Shown here: positions 37,680 through 49,008 of the stretch, one piece after another
Position numbering within the stretch: position 1 is the first letter of the stretch
Layout: each line of letters starts with the position of its first letter
Assembly (NCBI GenBank): GCA_052273085.1
Contig: DAVZIW010000001.1
Location: forward strand, 20,584 to 84,583
Direction of reading: 5' to 3'
Length of the DNA: 64,000 bases
Source: Candidatus Enteromonas sp.
Lineage (GTDB): Bacteria > Bacillota_I > Bacilli_A > RFN20 > CAG-826
Translations under genes and position numbers: made by a program
The notes under the pieces: generated by a model
Seen by the model: the letters and a program-made list of their open reading frames with translations, nothing else
What the model was told of the DNA's origin: nothing
The model's database searches: none

Positions 37680-39047
37680 ATGTCAGACTCGGTATCGCAA
37701 TTAAGTAATATATGGACAATGGTCCTAGAAAAGATAAATAAAAGTTTAGAATCCCAATCGGATGGAGGGCGTATTTTCCAATCCTTTTTCGCAGATTCTA
37801 AAATCGCAGAAATTGATAAGGATGTAATGAAAATTGCATGCTCATCCAATTTGGGAGCGACAATTATCGATAAAAAATACAATAAGTTAGTTTCGTCAAC
37901 CTTAGATGGAATTACCGGGACTCATTTTGAATTAAAATTCGTTACTTTTGATGAGATAAAAAGCAAAAAAGAAGTCATCAAAGAAGAACCTGCTTTTTTC
38001 AAAGACAGCAAGCTGAACCCAAAATACACTTTCGAGAGTTTCGTAACAGGTCCATCAAATAGAGAAGCTTATCAAGCTGCGGTTATGATCGCCAATACTC
38101 CAGGGCAGCTTTATAATCCACTACTTTTGCATAGTGATTCTGGTTTAGGGAAAACTCACTTATTACACGCAATTGGCAATGGAATACTAGAAAAATATCC
38201 GAATTACAAGGTTTTATACATATCCGCATCTGATTTTGTTGATGAATATATACAGTTTGCCACAACATATAAAGAAGACCAATCTTTGGTTCAATTCTTT
38301 AAAAACGATGTTGATGCATTCTTAATCGATGACATTCAATTCATTATAGGCAAAAAGAAGACAATGGAGATGTTCTTTGTTGTCTTTACTACCCTTGTTA
38401 CAAAAGGCAAGCAGATTGTTATAACTTCCGATCAAGACCCAAGTAAACTAGATGGCTTGGATGATAGATTGAAAACTAGATTTACACAAGGTCTAGTTTT
38501 GTCAATAGAAAAGCCTGACTTAGAAACAAGCAAACAAATATTACTTTCGAAAATCGAAGCTGGTGGACTTGATGTAAAAGATTTCGATGATGAAGTTATT
38601 ACATACATCGCCCAAGGATTTTCTTCTAACGTAAGAGAACTAGAAGGCGCATTAAATAGATTGATCTTCTGTTCGATAAGCATGAAGAACACAAACAAGA
38701 TAACAATGAACGAGGCGACGGCTGCAATCAAGACATTAAATGCCACGATTAACCCATCCAAACGTTTAACGGAAGATAAAATCATTGCTGGAGTTGCGGA
38801 TTATTACTCATTAACCCCTTCTCAGCTCACCGGAAAGATAAGAACATCAAGAATCGCCATGGCTAGACATATTGCAATGTATTTAGATAGGCTTCTACTT
38901 GATACTCCGTTTATAAAAATAGGAGAAACATTTGGCGGAAAAGATCATGCAACTGTTATGAGCGGTGTAAAAAAAGTGGAAAACTCGTTGAAAACTGACC
39001 CTGATATGTTGATAGCTATCGCCGAGTTAAAAAAGAAACTTTCCTAG
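37680..39047 (+). CDS. dnaA: chromosomal replication initiator protein DnaA
   Basis: 455 aa from the ATG at 37680 (MSDSVSQLSNIWTMVLEKI...) with an AGGAG Shine-Dalgarno. AAA+ region GLGKTHLLHAIGN and a C-terminal DnaA-box-binding HTH. The ORF-track start at 37554 is an over-extension through the DnaA-box region. Confidence 0.92.
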   Translation: MSDSVSQLSNIWTMVLEKINKSLESQSDGGRIFQSFFADSKIAEIDKDVMKIACSSNLGATIIDKKYNKLVSSTLDGITGTHFELKFVTFDEIKSKKEVIKEEPAFFKDSKLNPKYTFESFVTGPSNREAYQAAVMIANTPGQLYNPLLLHSDSGLGKTHLLHAIGNGILEKYPNYKVLYISASDFVDEYIQFATTYKEDQSLVQFFKNDVDAFLIDDIQFIIGKKKTMEMFFVVFTTLVTKGKQIVITSDQDPSKLDGLDDRLKTRFTQGLVLSIEKPDLETSKQILLSKIEAGGLDVKDFDDEVITYIAQGFSSNVRELEGALNRLIFCSISMKNTNKITMNEATAAIKTLNATINPSKRLTEDKIIAGVADYYSLTPSQLTGKIRTSRIAMARHIAMYLDRLLLDTPFIKIGETFGGKDHATVMSGVKKVENSLKTDPDMLIAIAELKKKLS

Positions 39048-39117
39048 GACGTTTATTTTATAAATAAAAGGTTTAAGAAAATAGATGAACGTGGTATCAT
39101 TACCAAGACGGAAAAGC

Positions 39118-39200
39118 AAAGTTATCCACAATTCCCACAATGCTTATTATTATTAATATTCTTTAATAAATAAAAATAGATTATATATAAAGAGGTGTCG
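39118..39200. promoter_or_regulatory. oriC region 2: DnaA box (TTATCCACA, 39122-39130) and AT-rich DNA-unwinding-element-like tract between dnaA and dnaN
   Basis: A perfect box followed by more than 80% AT sequence (TTATTATTATTAATATTCTTTAATAAATAAAAATAGATTATATATA). This is the bipartite oriC layout typical of Bacillus and Mycoplasma. Confidence 0.55.
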
Positions 39201-39201
39201 T

Positions 39202-40323
39202 ATGCGTTTAAACGTTAACAAAGAACAATTTCTAAAAGCCTTGCTAAGTGCAGGCAAGGCTATATCTCCAAAAAACGCTAATGCTGTATTAGCTGGTTTG
39301 AGACTCGAATTAAACGAAAAGGGATTAGAGATAATTGGTTCTAATTCTAGCATCACGATAAAATCCACAGTCCCATACATGATTGGGGAAAAAGAAATAA
39401 TCACTAACCCTATCCAAGGATCCGCCTTAATCAATGCTCACTTGTTGATTGAAGTTATTAGAAGATTAGAAGGTGAAACTATTAAATTAGATTTCATTGA
39501 TAACTCCACTGCCAAAATCGATGACGGAAGATCTGTATTCAAATTGAACTGTTCTTCGGCCGATGAATATCCAGATATCGATTTAGAGCCTACAGGCACC
39601 GTGTTTACAATGCCTTGCTCTTCCTTGACTGAATTAGTCGAGCAAAGCGCATTCGCCGCTTCTAACAAGGAACAACGCTTTATTTTAACCGCTTTGAACC
39701 TTGAAGCTGCTGAAGGAAAGCTAGTAGCCACTGCTACTGACTCTGCTAGATTATCTAGAAAGAGCATTGATTTGGATTCTGAAATCAAATTCAAATGCAA
39801 TATACCAGCAAGAGCCTTGCTAGATATTGTTAGAATGTTTGAAACTGCTAGAACTGTAGAAGTCGCAATCTCTGACAAGAAAGCTTTGTTCACGTTCGAG
39901 AATACCGTTGTTTCTTCTTCTTTGGTTCCAGGCGATTATCCGGTCACTAGGTCAATAATTCCTACTACCTTCAACTATTTCCTCGAAGTAAACGCCCAAG
40001 AGCTTCTAGCAGCCATGGGAAGAGTTGCTGTCCTAGCTAGCGATAGAGAATCAGTTGTTAAACTATCAATGAGTGAAGATTCTGTTGAAATCTCAGTTAA
40101 GAGTCAAGAAAACGGAACTGCTAATGAACACATCCAAACTTTCCAATATACTGGCGAGAAATTAGAAGTCTCCTTCAACTCGCTATTTGTAGTCGATGCA
40201 ATCAAGGCTTTAAAGAGTGAAGATGTAACTCTTTGCTTCCAAGCCGAAATGAAGCCATTTGTTGTTAAAAATCAAAAAGATGATTCCGTTGTCGAACTCA
40301 TCACCCCGATGAGAACCTATTAA
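39202..40323 (+). CDS. dnaN: DNA polymerase III beta sliding clamp
   Basis: 373 aa with a three-domain clamp and the conserved position after dnaA. Confidence 0.95.
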   Translation: MRLNVNKEQFLKALLSAGKAISPKNANAVLAGLRLELNEKGLEIIGSNSSITIKSTVPYMIGEKEIITNPIQGSALINAHLLIEVIRRLEGETIKLDFIDNSTAKIDDGRSVFKLNCSSADEYPDIDLEPTGTVFTMPCSSLTELVEQSAFAASNKEQRFILTALNLEAAEGKLVATATDSARLSRKSIDLDSEIKFKCNIPARALLDIVRMFETARTVEVAISDKKALFTFENTVVSSSLVPGDYPVTRSIIPTTFNYFLEVNAQELLAAMGRVAVLASDRESVVKLSMSEDSVEISVKSQENGTANEHIQTFQYTGEKLEVSFNSLFVVDAIKALKSEDVTLCFQAEMKPFVVKNQKDDSVVELITPMRTY

Positions 40324-40349
40324 TAAAAACCTTAAAAAATATTTAAAAA

Positions 40350-40376
40350 ATGGTAGAAATTTCTCTACCATTTTTT
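40350..40376 (+). terminator. terminator after dnaN
   Basis: ATGGTAGA-AATTTC-TCTACCAT followed by TTTTT. Confidence 0.55.
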
Positions 40377-40419
40377 ACTACTACGTAGTAAACTATATAT
40401 TGTGTAAAAAGGTCTAAAA

Positions 40420-40638
40420 ATGAAGTCGCAAAAAGAAATAAAAATCACAACCGATTACATCACTTTGGGACAACTATTGAAACTCGCTTCGATAATTGAC
40501 CATGGTGGTGAAGCTAAGCTCTTCCTTGCTTCTAACAAAGTTCTAATTAATGGAGAAGAAGACAATCGAAGAGGTAGGAAACTTTATCCTGGCTATCTAG
40601 TTGTAATTGGAAGTGAAACGTTTGCAATTACAAGATGA
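40420..40638 (+). CDS. yaaA: S4-domain RNA-binding protein YaaA
   Basis: 72 aa in the conserved position between dnaN and recF. Overlaps recF by 4 nt. Confidence 0.8.
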   Translation: MKSQKEIKITTDYITLGQLLKLASIIDHGGEAKLFLASNKVLINGEEDNRRGRKLYPGYLVVIGSETFAITR

Positions 40639-41702
40639 TCTTAAATCATATCGAGCTTAGAAATTTTCGAAGCTACGATTATCTCGACTTGGATTTATCT
40701 TCTGGGTTAAACCTCATCGTTGGCGAGAACGCGGTGGGAAAAACTAATCTTGCCGAGGCTATCTATTATCTTTCTTTGGCTAGGAGCTGGAGAACTCTCG
40801 ATGATAGGAACCTTATCAAAGATGGTAAAGAGTTTGCTTCAATAAACGCTTCTATTAGCGAAGGCGAACTTCACCGTCAAATTGAGGTTAGAATTGAAAA
40901 GAACGCCAAGAAGATAAGAATCAACGGAAACCCGATAAGAAGATTGTCGGATTTATCTAAATTGGTAAATGTCATAGTCTTCTCTCCTAATGATACGAGG
41001 CTATTCCGTTCATCCCCTTCCGAAAGAAGAAATTTCCTGGATGTGGCAATTTCTAAAAAGTATGAGGAATATCTAACTCTAATTGGTGGGTATTCAAAAC
41101 TGCTAAAAGAAAGAAACGCCTTACTAAAACAGGGCAATCTAAACCTAGATTTGCTTAATGTACTCACGGAGCAGATGATCAAACTGTCAGAGCCAATAAT
41201 CAAGTATAGGGTTGATTATGTTTCTTCCATCAATTCCCTTCTTCCTTCATTCATGGAAAGGCTAAGAGGCGACAAAAAGCGATGCAACATTGTTTATAAG
41301 CCTTTTGTAAGTCAAACCGATAATTTAATCGAATCCATGAAAAAAGCTTACCTAGGCGCCCTAGAATCCGATTTGTCCCGCCATCAAACTAGCACTGGGA
41401 TACATCGAGAAGACTTCTGCTTCAAGATGGATGGACAAGATGTTGGACTATATGGAAGCCAAGGGGAAAATCGAATTGCTTCATTAGCGGTTAAGTTAAT
41501 TCCTTACCTTTTAATAGAAAGCAAAGAGAAAAAGCCGATATGTGTGCTAGATGACGTGACTAGCGAACTTGATAAAAATCATGTCGAAAGGTTATTAAAC
41601 ATCGTAAGTAAATTCTCCCAGGTGTTCATAACCGCTACAAAATTAGAAATCGAAGGTGCTTCAGTAATTGAAGTTACCGCGAATAATGCCAAGAGGAGGT
41701 AA
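40635..41702 (+). CDS. recF: DNA replication and repair protein RecF
   Basis: 355 aa with Walker [14 protein letters not shown] and an SMC-like signature region. Confidence 0.9.
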   Translation: MILNHIELRNFRSYDYLDLDLSSGLNLIVGENAVGKTNLAEAIYYLSLARSWRTLDDRNLIKDGKEFASINASISEGELHRQIEVRIEKNAKKIRINGNPIRRLSDLSKLVNVIVFSPNDTRLFRSSPSERRNFLDVAISKKYEEYLTLIGGYSKLLKERNALLKQGNLNLDLLNVLTEQMIKLSEPIIKYRVDYVSSINSLLPSFMERLRGDKKRCNIVYKPFVSQTDNLIESMKKAYLGALESDLSRHQTSTGIHREDFCFKMDGQDVGLYGSQGENRIASLAVKLIPYLLIESKEKKPICVLDDVTSELDKNHVERLLNIVSKFSQVFITATKLEIEGASVIEVTANNAKRR

Positions 41703-41706
41703 TCAA

Positions 41707-43767
41707 ATGGCAGAGCAAGAAAAAAACGAGTCCGCTTCAAATGCAATTGTAAACGAAGAAGATCGCTTCACTTACAAAAAAGAAGACGTGACTAATGAAA
41801 AAGCCCTAGAAAAAGCAAAGGCGGACTATAGCGGAAGCGATATTCAGGTTCTTGAAGGACTTGAAGCCGTCAGGAAACGTCCTGGTATGTATATTGCTAC
41901 CACTGCTTCGGCTGGTCTTCACCACCTTGTGTGGGAAATTGTCGATAATTCAATCGATGAAGCTTTGGCTGGATATTGCAAAAATATCGAAGTAACAATT
42001 AACAAAGACAACTCCATCACCGTTAGAGATGACGGTCGTGGCGTACCTGTTGATAAGGTTGCTAAATCCGGATTGTCTGGTGTCGAAACCGTTTATACAA
42101 TCCTTCACGCTGGTGGTAAATTCGGTGGAGAAGGCGGATATAAGGTATCCGGTGGTTTGCATGGTGTCGGTGCTTCTGTAGTTAACGCTTTATCCGAATG
42201 GATGGACGTAACCGTTTGTAGAGATAGAGGCAAATTCTTCCTTCGTTTTGAAAATGGAGGCCACCCAGTAGGTCATTTAGCTAGAATCGGAGATTCTACC
42301 GAAGAAGAAAGAGGTACAACCGTTTCCTTTAAACCTGACCCAACAATTTTCACCGAAACAACTATCTACAATTACGAAACCATTAAGAACCATATGAGAC
42401 AAATGGCTTTCCTTAATGGTGGAATCAAAATCACTTTAACCGATTTACGTGGTGAAACTCCTGTTAGCGAAACATTTAAATACGATGGTGGTATCCGCGA
42501 ATATGTTTCCTACATCGATGCTAATAAATTAGTTAAACTCCCACCTGAACCAATCTATTGTCAAGGTGCTGAAGAAGTTACTTTAGCAGATGGAGAAACT
42601 AAAGAAAGAATCTATGCCGAAGTCGCTCTTCAATGGACTGATTCTTACGACCAAAACGGTATCTATTCCTTCTGTAATAACATTTCCACTAAAGAAGGTG
42701 GAACCCATGTCGAAGGTTTAAACCTTGCTCTAAGCAGGGTAATTAACGACTATGCATTAAAGCAAAAGCTTTTAAAAGAAGGCGAAGAGAAATTTAGTGG
42801 AAACGATTGCCGTGAAGGTTTGACTGCTGTCGTCTCTGTTAAACATCCTAACCCACAATACGAAGGACAGACTAAGACCAAACTTGGTAACTCCGAAGTT
42901 AGAAAGATTGTTTCTACTGTTGTTGGGGATGGATTAAGCCAATGGTTGTATGAAAATCCAAACGAAGCCAAAGAAATAATCGAAAAGATTCGTCTTGCTA
43001 CAAAAGCAAGAAATGCCGCTCAAGCTGCTAGAGAAAGAATCCGTAAGAGTTCAATGGAACTCACCACTCTTCCTGGCAAATTAGCAGACTGCTCTTCTAA
43101 AGATCCTGAAATCTGTGAATTATACATAGTCGAAGGTAATTCCGCAGGTGGCAGTGCTAAAAACGGTAGAGATAGAGAAACCCAAGCCATTCTTCCTTTA
43201 AGAGGTAAGATCCTCAATGTCGAAAAGGCTAGGGAAGAAAGAATCTGGGCCAATGCTGAAATCGGTAACATGATTACTGCTATTGGAGCTGGTATCAGAG
43301 AAAACTTTGATGTTAGCAAGATTAGATATAACAAGATTGTCATTATGACCGATGCTGATGTCGATGGTGACCATATCAGAATCTTGTTATTAACATTCTT
43401 CTATAGATTTATGCGTCCTCTTCTAGATGAAGGACATGTCTACATTGCTCAACCTCCTCTATACAAAATCGATTATAAAGGAAGCGCATATTACGCCTAT
43501 AACGATGCCCAACTTGATGTCTTAAAGAAACAACTTGGACTAAAAGCAGGCTACCCATTCCAACGTTATAAAGGTTTGGGTGAAATGGATGCTAACCAGC
43601 TTTGGGAAACAACCATGGATCCAAAACAAAGAAAGATGATACGTATAACTATTGATGATGCGGCCCAGGCCGAAAAGGCCTTCACCGACTTGATGGGTGA
43701 TGAAGTATTGCCAAGACGTCAATATATCGTCGAAAATGCTAAATTCGTTAAGAATCTTGATATATAA
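41707..43767 (+). CDS. gyrB: DNA gyrase subunit B
   Basis: Starts at the ATG 41707 (MAEQEKNE...) with the AGGAGG Shine-Dalgarno at 41693-41698. The ORF-track start at 41668 overlaps recF. The sequence has a GHKL ATPase, a Toprim domain and the EGDSAGG motif. Confidence 0.95.
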   Translation: MAEQEKNESASNAIVNEEDRFTYKKEDVTNEKALEKAKADYSGSDIQVLEGLEAVRKRPGMYIATTASAGLHHLVWEIVDNSIDEALAGYCKNIEVTINKDNSITVRDDGRGVPVDKVAKSGLSGVETVYTILHAGGKFGGEGGYKVSGGLHGVGASVVNALSEWMDVTVCRDRGKFFLRFENGGHPVGHLARIGDSTEEERGTTVSFKPDPTIFTETTIYNYETIKNHMRQMAFLNGGIKITLTDLRGETPVSETFKYDGGIREYVSYIDANKLVKLPPEPIYCQGAEEVTLADGETKERIYAEVALQWTDSYDQNGIYSFCNNISTKEGGTHVEGLNLALSRVINDYALKQKLLKEGEEKFSGNDCREGLTAVVSVKHPNPQYEGQTKTKLGNSEVRKIVSTVVGDGLSQWLYENPNEAKEIIEKIRLATKARNAAQAARERIRKSSMELTTLPGKLADCSSKDPEICELYIVEGNSAGGSAKNGRDRETQAILPLRGKILNVEKAREERIWANAEIGNMITAIGAGIRENFDVSKIRYNKIVIMTDADVDGDHIRILLLTFFYRFMRPLLDEGHVYIAQPPLYKIDYKGSAYYAYNDAQLDVLKKQLGLKAGYPFQRYKGLGEMDANQLWETTMDPKQRKMIRITIDDAAQAEKAFTDLMGDEVLPRRQYIVENAKFVKNLDI

Positions 43768-43781
43768 GGAGGGATGATTGA

Positions 43782-46526
43782 ATGGAAAACGATGAAAAGA
43801 AATTAATCGATGAAGAATCTTCTGCTGACGAAGAAACTTATTCCGATGAAGAATCTTCTGAAAACGAAGAGAATACCACCGAAAAACCTTTAGCAGCCTC
43901 AAGAGAAGGACAACAATCCGAAGATGCCATGTTTGGCCATGAAGCTGCCGTTTCTGGAATTATCCCAGGCTTAATTGATAGAGATATTTCAGACGAAGTC
44001 AAAACAGCCTTCCTTGATTATTCCATGTCAGTTATTGTCTCTCGTGCAATTCCTGATGTAAGGGATGGCTTCAAGCCGGTTCAACGTAGAATCATCTACG
44101 GCATGAATGAATCTGGCATGCAACCAAATAAACCATATAAGAAATGCGCTCGTATCGTTGGTGACGTCATGGGTAAATATCACCCTCACGGCGACAGCGC
44201 TCTTTATGGAACATTAGTTCGTTTAGCTCAACCTTTCTCACTCCGTTATACATTAGTTGATGGACATGGTAACTTCGGTTCTATCGATGGCGATGAAGCT
44301 GCTGCTATGCGTTATACCGAAGCTAGGATGAACAAGCTTAGCCTCGAACTTGTAAGAGACATCAACTGCGATACTGTTAACTTTGTCGCTAACTATGATG
44401 GCACCGAAGTTGAACCAGAAGTATTACCTTGCCGTTTCCCTAACTTAATCGTTAACGGTAGCCAAGGTATTGCCGTTGGTATGGCCACCAATATGGCTCC
44501 ACATAATTTAAGTGAAACCATTGATGCCGTTATTGCTGTTGCTAAAAACCCAGAACTCACCCCTGCTGAAATAATGCAATCTTATTTACCAGGACCTGAT
44601 TTCCCAAGTGGTGGTATCATTTTAGGACGTCAAGGAATCCTTGATGCCTATACCACTGGACAAGGTACCATTACTATCCGTTCCAAATACCACATTGAGG
44701 AAAAGGATAATGGCAAATCCAGGATTGTCGTTACTGAAATTCCATACCAAGTAAATAAGGCTGCCTTAGTTGAAAATATCGGAACTTTGGTCCGTGATAA
44801 AGTCATTGATGGCATCGTTGATGTTAGAGATGAATCCAATAAAGAAGGGATACGCGTAGTCATTGAAATAAGAAAAGATTGCATCCCTGAAGTTGTTGCC
44901 AATAACTTATTAAAGCACACCGCTTTACAAACTAACTTTGGTATTATTAACCTTTGCCTTGAAGATGGTGCTCCTAAGATCTTAGGGATTGATGCCTTGT
45001 TAAAAGACTATATTGAATTCCAAATAAGTGTTTTAACTAGAAGAACAAAATTCTTGTTGAAGAGAGATTCTGATAGGCTTCATATCGTCGAAGGTTTAAT
45101 ACTTGCTCACGATAACATCGATGAAGTTATCCATATCATTAGAGATTCTAAAAACGATGAAGAATCTTCTACTAGATTAAATGAAAGATTTGGATTAAGC
45201 CAACCTCAATGCGATGCCATTTTAGCAATGACATTACGTCGTTTACAAGGAATGGAACAAGACAAATTGATGGCTGAAAAACATAATTTGGAAGCCAATA
45301 TTGCTGAATACAATAGGCTATTATCGTCTAGAGACAACATTGTCGATCTAATGATTAAAGAATTAAGCGAAATCAAAGATAAATTCGGTGATTCTCGTTT
45401 GACTGAAATTTCTGACGATGCCGCTGATATTGAAAACGAAGATTTGATTCCTCAAAAGAATATCATCGTTGCCCTTACTAAAAACGGTTATATCAAGCGT
45501 GTTGATGACGATACCTTCTCCGCCCAGCACCGCGGAGGTAGAGGCATTACCGGTATGAAGACCGTTGGTGGTGACATCGTTAAACTTATTAAGCACACAA
45601 AAACTCATACCGATATCCTTTTCTTCACTACATTAGGCAAGGTATATCGTTTACGCGGTTATCAAATTCCTGATTCTGGAAGAATTGGAAAAGGCATGCC
45701 TGCCCAAAACTTCCTCAATCTAGACAAGGAAGAAAAAGTCGTTTCAATCGTACCGTGTGATGATTATCCAGAAGATAATTACCTCTTCTTTATCTCGAAG
45801 AATGGTATCGTTAAGAGAACTTCTTTGAAGATGTTTGAATCTATCCATAGCAACGGAAAGATTGCTGTCGGATTAAAAGAAGGTGACGATTTATTCGATG
45901 TAAAACGTACTGATGGACATGCAGTTGTCTCACTTGCTAGCGATAATGGAAAACTTTGTAGCTTCTATGAAGATGAAGTCCGTGACATGGGCAGAACCGC
46001 TGCTGGTGTCAAGGGTATGAATCTTGATGATGGATCTACAATCGTTGGTGCCACTACATCACTTGAAGGCGACAAGATATTGGTCTTAACAAATAAGGGA
46101 TTTGGAAAGATTTCTTATGCCAAAGATACTGAAGTTACCATGGAAGATGGTACAACTAGAACCTATGATGGTTATAGACTGACTTCCCGTGGCGCTAAGG
46201 GTGTCTTGACCATCAAGACCACCACTAAAACCGGTGTCTTGTGTGCTGTTAGAGCCGTCAACGGAGATGAAGATTTATTGGTAGTTACACAATCTGGCGT
46301 TGTTATCCGTACTCCAATTTCTGAAATCAAGATTGCTGGACGTAATACACAAGGCGTCAAGATAATTGCTGTTGATGAAAAGACCAAAGTAGCTTCTATT
46401 GCTATAATTCCTCATTCTGATGTTGAAGAGGATGAAGAAGAAGGCGAAGAAGCTATTGATGAAGCTACAGAAACTACAGAAACTGAAGCTACAGAAAAGG
46501 TTGTTCGTCCAGACGAAGTTGAATAA
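43782..46526 (+). CDS. gyrA: DNA gyrase subunit A
   Basis: 914 aa with the catalytic Tyr region ([10 protein letters not shown]), QRDR, a C-terminal beta-pinwheel and an acidic tail. It also carries an atypical ~55-aa acidic, Ser/Glu-rich N-terminal extension. Confidence 0.95.
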   Translation: MENDEKKLIDEESSADEETYSDEESSENEENTTEKPLAASREGQQSEDAMFGHEAAVSGIIPGLIDRDISDEVKTAFLDYSMSVIVSRAIPDVRDGFKPVQRRIIYGMNESGMQPNKPYKKCARIVGDVMGKYHPHGDSALYGTLVRLAQPFSLRYTLVDGHGNFGSIDGDEAAAMRYTEARMNKLSLELVRDINCDTVNFVANYDGTEVEPEVLPCRFPNLIVNGSQGIAVGMATNMAPHNLSETIDAVIAVAKNPELTPAEIMQSYLPGPDFPSGGIILGRQGILDAYTTGQGTITIRSKYHIEEKDNGKSRIVVTEIPYQVNKAALVENIGTLVRDKVIDGIVDVRDESNKEGIRVVIEIRKDCIPEVVANNLLKHTALQTNFGIINLCLEDGAPKILGIDALLKDYIEFQISVLTRRTKFLLKRDSDRLHIVEGLILAHDNIDEVIHIIRDSKNDEESSTRLNERFGLSQPQCDAILAMTLRRLQGMEQDKLMAEKHNLEANIAEYNRLLSSRDNIVDLMIKELSEIKDKFGDSRLTEISDDAADIENEDLIPQKNIIVALTKNGYIKRVDDDTFSAQHRGGRGITGMKTVGGDIVKLIKHTKTHTDILFFTTLGKVYRLRGYQIPDSGRIGKGMPAQNFLNLDKEEKVVSIVPCDDYPEDNYLFFISKNGIVKRTSLKMFESIHSNGKIAVGLKEGDDLFDVKRTDGHAVVSLASDNGKLCSFYEDEVRDMGRTAAGVKGMNLDDGSTIVGATTSLEGDKILVLTNKGFGKISYAKDTEVTMEDGTTRTYDGYRLTSRGAKGVLTIKTTTKTGVLCAVRAVNGDEDLLVVTQSGVVIRTPISEIKIAGRNTQGVKIIAVDEKTKVASIAIIPHSDVEEDEEEGEEAIDEATETTETEATEKVVRPDEVE

Positions 46527-46531
46527 GATTC

Positions 46532-47536
46532 ATGAAGGTCTATATTCATTTCAAAAACAAAAATAACCAACAAGCCTTTGAGGGTGTGCGTATTCGCAAA
46601 ACCCTCAAGGGTGAATGCGAGAGTGTGGGAATTGCCTGGGTAGATTCGCAGTGGCAGTCTCCTGACCTCGCTACTTTTATTTCTTATTCAGACATAAATA
46701 AGTTAAACGACTGTAAGTTAGATGGGGTAAAAACTGTTGTTTGCTGCTTCTATTCTGAACGTGATGAAAAGGCCTCTTTCCTTAAAAAGAAGGGGGACGT
46801 GTATCAATTAGACAAGAAAAAAACAAAATTCTTGAATGCAAGTGACCTAGTTTTAGTACCTAATGAAATCTTAAAGGAATTTGCCTTGACACACGGAGTA
46901 AAAACTAGAATTGAAGTTCTTCCATTTTGCTTAACCCAATCAAAGTTCGACAAACGTAATAACGACAAAGAAATCTTCCCTAGGTATTTCTCGGTTAGGG
47001 AAGAAGAAAATGTTGCTATATGCGCTGGCTCATTTAAGGATAAGGATAAGCTGTCCTCTTTATATAGGATTGCTTCTAGTTGTCCTTCCTATAGGTTCTT
47101 CTTCTTTGGAACTAACATGGGAAAATGGCTATCTTATTCTAGAGTGAAGGGTGTTAACAAACCTAAAAACGTTTCGTTAGAATCTTTGGTGGCGGATGAC
47201 ATCTATAGAAGTGCTCTCCTGCACGCGTCTATATATTTAGTATTAGATGACATCCCTGATGTAATTGGAGTCATGGATGCCTTCAGTGCTTCTTGCCAAG
47301 TCATTTGTCTAGGAAAGCAACCGTTTAATGACCTCTTAATTGACCAAAAAACATGTTACATGTTTGAAAAAGAAGAAAAAATTTCCAATTTTCTTGAATT
47401 AATGTATCAAGAAAAAACAAACAATACTATAATTCAATCGTTATCATTGGCTAGAAAACATTCGTTAGCCAAAGGAGGAGAAATCCTAAAAGGATATTAC
47501 TTGTCCTTATTAGAGAAGGAGAAAGAAAATGCTTGA
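46532..47536 (+). CDS. hypothetical protein with weak GT-B glycosyltransferase-like C-terminal half
   Basis: 334 aa. No motif is confidently recognised. The C-terminal half (FFFFGTNMGKW...VICLGKQPFNDLLID...CYMFEKEE) resembles GT1/GT4 C-domains. The stop overlaps the serS start by 8 nt. Confidence 0.4.
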   Translation: MKVYIHFKNKNNQQAFEGVRIRKTLKGECESVGIAWVDSQWQSPDLATFISYSDINKLNDCKLDGVKTVVCCFYSERDEKASFLKKKGDVYQLDKKKTKFLNASDLVLVPNEILKEFALTHGVKTRIEVLPFCLTQSKFDKRNNDKEIFPRYFSVREEENVAICAGSFKDKDKLSSLYRIASSCPSYRFFFFGTNMGKWLSYSRVKGVNKPKNVSLESLVADDIYRSALLHASIYLVLDDIPDVIGVMDAFSASCQVICLGKQPFNDLLIDQKTCYMFEKEEKISNFLELMYQEKTNNTIIQSLSLARKHSLAKGGEILKGYYLSLLEKEKENA

Positions 47537-48809
47537 TGTAAAACTCATCCTAGAAAAACCAGATTATGTAAAAGCGGCTTTAAAGAAGAAATTATGGGAC
47601 TTTGATCCAACTGAAATTATTGAATTATCTTCCCAAAGACTTGAGCTTCTAAAGAAAGTCGAAGCTATTAAGGCTGAACAAAATAAGTTATCTGCTTCGG
47701 TTCCTGCAGTTAAAAAAGAAGGCGGAGATGTAAAATCAATCTTTGCCAAAGTTAAAGAACTCGGCGCCCAAAATAAGGAAAGTGAAGAAAAGCTAAACGA
47801 AATCGAAGCCAAGATTAAATCTCTTGTCGAAGTTCTTCCAAATCTTCCTGATGATGATTTAGTTGCTGGTTCAAAAGAAAATAACCACCCAATTTATCAT
47901 TTTGGAGAAGAAAGAAAGTTTGGCTTTACCCCAAAGAATCATGTTGAACTTTGTGAATCTCTTGGGTTAATCGATTATAAAAGGGCTGCTAAAATCAGCG
48001 GGACCGGTACCTGGATTTATACAAATCTAGGCGCACGTCTAGAATGGGCTTTATTAAATTATTTCATCGAAAATCATCTTGCTGATGGATATGAAATGAT
48101 TCTCCCTCCTCACATTTTGAATTATGAATCTGGCTATACTGCTGGACAATTCCCGAAATTCGAAAGCGATGTATTCTGGCTTGAAGGAATGGAACCAAGA
48201 AAATTCATCCTTCCAACCGCTGAAACTGCTTTAGTCAATTTACATAGAAACGAAATCCTTTCTTTAAATGATTTGCCAAGAAAATATTTCGCCTATACCC
48301 CTTGCTATAGAAAAGAAGCTGGCTCTTATCGTACCGAAGAAAGAGGCATGATTAGAGGTTATCAATTCAATAAAGTCGAAATGGTTCAATATACAACCGA
48401 AGAAGGAAGCGATGCCGCTTTTGAAGAAATGGTTAATAAGGCCAAGAAACTTGTTGAAGGATTAGGATTAACATATCAAATCGATAAACTAGCTGCTGGG
48501 GATTGCTCCCATTCAATGGCTAGGACATATGATATTGAAGTATGGATTCCATCCATGGGAATTTATAAAGAAGTATCTTCTGTCTCCAATGCAAGAGATT
48601 ACCAGGCTAGAAGAGGCATGATCCGTTATAAAGATGAAAACGGCAAGACCAAATATTGCCATACATTAAATGGATCTGGCTTAGCTACTTCTAGAGTCTT
48701 CCCTGCTTTAGTTGAACAACTCCAACAAGAAGATGGCTCCGTAATAATTCCAGTTCCCCTACGTAAATATATGGGCGGACTTGAAGTATTAAAGCCAATA
48801 AAGAAATAA
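47529..48809 (+). CDS. serS: serine--tRNA ligase
   Basis: 426 aa with an N-terminal coiled-coil arm and the class II core. Confidence 0.95.
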   Translation: MLDVKLILEKPDYVKAALKKKLWDFDPTEIIELSSQRLELLKKVEAIKAEQNKLSASVPAVKKEGGDVKSIFAKVKELGAQNKESEEKLNEIEAKIKSLVEVLPNLPDDDLVAGSKENNHPIYHFGEERKFGFTPKNHVELCESLGLIDYKRAAKISGTGTWIYTNLGARLEWALLNYFIENHLADGYEMILPPHILNYESGYTAGQFPKFESDVFWLEGMEPRKFILPTAETALVNLHRNEILSLNDLPRKYFAYTPCYRKEAGSYRTEERGMIRGYQFNKVEMVQYTTEEGSDAAFEEMVNKAKKLVEGLGLTYQIDKLAAGDCSHSMARTYDIEVWIPSMGIYKEVSSVSNARDYQARRGMIRYKDENGKTKYCHTLNGSGLATSRVFPALVEQLQQEDGSVIIPVPLRKYMGGLEVLKPIKK

Positions 48810-48820
48810 ATAAATTCTTA

Positions 48821-48853
48821 AATCCGTTTACCCCGTGTAGGCGGATTTTTCTT
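48821..48853 (+). terminator. terminator after serS
   Basis: AATCCG, a 15-nt loop and CGGATT followed by TTTTCTTCT. Confidence 0.45.
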
Positions 48854-48912
48854 CTGCGTGTTAAATAAGAGAAATTTCATCATTTAATTCGCTTAGTTTA
48901 TGTTATAATCCC

Positions 48913-49000
48913 TTTGCCATCGCAAGGGCCGAATTGCGAACCAGGTCAGGTGGGGAACCAAGCAGCCTTAAACTCTTTGCCCCTGTGCGATGGTTTTATT
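48913..49000 (+). ncRNA. ffs: small signal recognition particle RNA (4.5S/scRNA type)
   Basis: Contains the universally conserved domain IV core ACCAGGUCAGGUGGGGAACCAAGCAGCC (compare E. coli 4.5S CCAGGUCAGGUCCGGAAGGAAGCAGCC). The terminal helix pairs GCCAUCGCA with UGCGAUGG, and a U-run terminator follows. An extended -10 TGtTATAAT lies at 48901-48909. The exact ends are within about 5 nt. Confidence 0.78.
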
Positions 49001-49008
49001 TTAAAAAT

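Noticed and set aside
48825-48835. 11-mer ACCCCGTGTAG found twice (also at 63313-63323) and a related GACCCGTGTAAC at 2802
   Set aside because: Only two exact copies exist, and one lies inside the epimerase coding sequence. That is insufficient to call a REP-like dispersed repeat, though a chance 11-mer match in 64 kb is unlikely (about 0.03 expected).
48934-49008. N-terminal 25 codons of the 172-aa ORF (MRTRSGGEPSSLKLFAPVRWFYFKN)
   Set aside because: This segment is the SRP RNA gene read in a protein frame. The true tadA start is the ATG at 49009.
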